Shown here piece after piece: positions 63,255-64,000 of a stretch of DNA of 64,000 bases. The position numbers and the translations under genes are program-made. The stretch covers positions 75,764,001 to 75,828,000 of the forward strand of contig OX597824.1 of NCBI GenBank assembly GCA_951406725.2, read 5' to 3'. This stretch comes from Octopus vulgaris (Eukaryota). Position 1 is the first letter of the stretch. Each line of letters begins with the position of its first letter. The notes beneath the pieces were generated by a model. That model saw only the letters and a program-made list of their open reading frames with translations, ran no database searches and had not been told where the DNA came from.

Positions 63255-64000
63255 GCAACAATGCTATTCTCAATACGTGTGACGTACCTGTTAAGACAAT
63301 CTTTTGCACTTCCTGCATGGATGGTAAGCCAGGGATCATTCTTAAATAATTTTCAGTTCCTTTTTTTTATCACTCCAAGTGCTCCTACAATCACTGTAGC
63401 CGTTTTGAGAAGCCACATCTTTTCGATTTCAATTAGCAATTCTTTATATTTTCTGGGCTTATCAAATTCTTTTACCGAGATATAATGGCCACAGGGTATG
63501 CTCATGTCAATCAATAAACAGACTTTGTTGTTTTGGTCTTTCACAACAATATCTGGTTTATTTGCTTTGATGGTCTGTTCTGTACATATTGTTAAATTCC
63601 AAAGAATAGTTACATTTTCTCCTTCAGTTACAGCCTCAGAGTGGTGCTTGTTCCATTTGTCAGCAGTTTTGATTTTATAATGCCGACACATTATCCTATG
63701 TAGATATTGGCCAACTCTGTCATGTCTTGATTTATACTTTACAGGTACTAAAACTTTAGACCCAGAGATTAGGTGGTCCACTGTTTCAATCCCATCGTTG
63801 CAGTATCGGCACTTTGGGTCCACGACATTTTTCATCACATTGGCTTGATAGTTCCGTGCCAATAAGCTCTGATCTTAGGCAGCCAAGAAAAAGCCTTCAC
63901 TCTCTGCCTTTAGCCCTGAGCTCCGTAGCCACTAATGGCCGTGCTTCTAGTCTACATCAGTTTGTTTGCTACGGGTCACATATTTTGCTATGCAGAGGTT
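63255..64000 (-). pseudogene. R4/Dong-like non-LTR retrotransposon 3' part (zinc knuckle + RLE), continues past the window end
   Basis: WLRSSGLKAESEGFFLAA*DQSL, KCRYCNDGIETVDHLISG, RHDRVG, NKPDIVVKD...LIDMSIP, KYKEL and IVGALG; in-frame stop and 3' frameshift. Confidence 0.9.

Overview
AT-rich, microsatellite-dense eukaryotic DNA. The SINE families match my recollection of coleoid cephalopod (Octopus-like) repeats; this is an inference, not a database result. I found no intact host protein-coding gene, and almost every ORF in the track is a microsatellite or SINE artefact. The window is mostly mobile DNA: three or more tRNA-derived SINE lineages (some as head-to-tail multimers and with swapped modules), non-autonomous Helitrons, mariner/Tc1, hAT and piggyBac-type remnants and MITEs, two R4/Dong-like RLE retrotransposon fragments, RTE 3' ends and several Penelope-like elements (RT and GIY-YIG remnants). 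The most interesting signal is RNA-level. A GC-rich, highly self-complementary 360-bp head-to-tail repeat (30782-31566) carries in each full unit a type I hammerhead ribozyme with a compensatory U3:A8 core and a minimal palindromic helix III, i.e. a candidate circRNA-producing non-LTR retrozyme. Several other distinct hammerhead motifs, intact or decayed, sit in short Penelope-type modules across the window. A locally rearranged block (46-49 kb) contains a ~370-bp inverted duplication and copied junctions. Boundaries were read by eye and may be off by a few bases.
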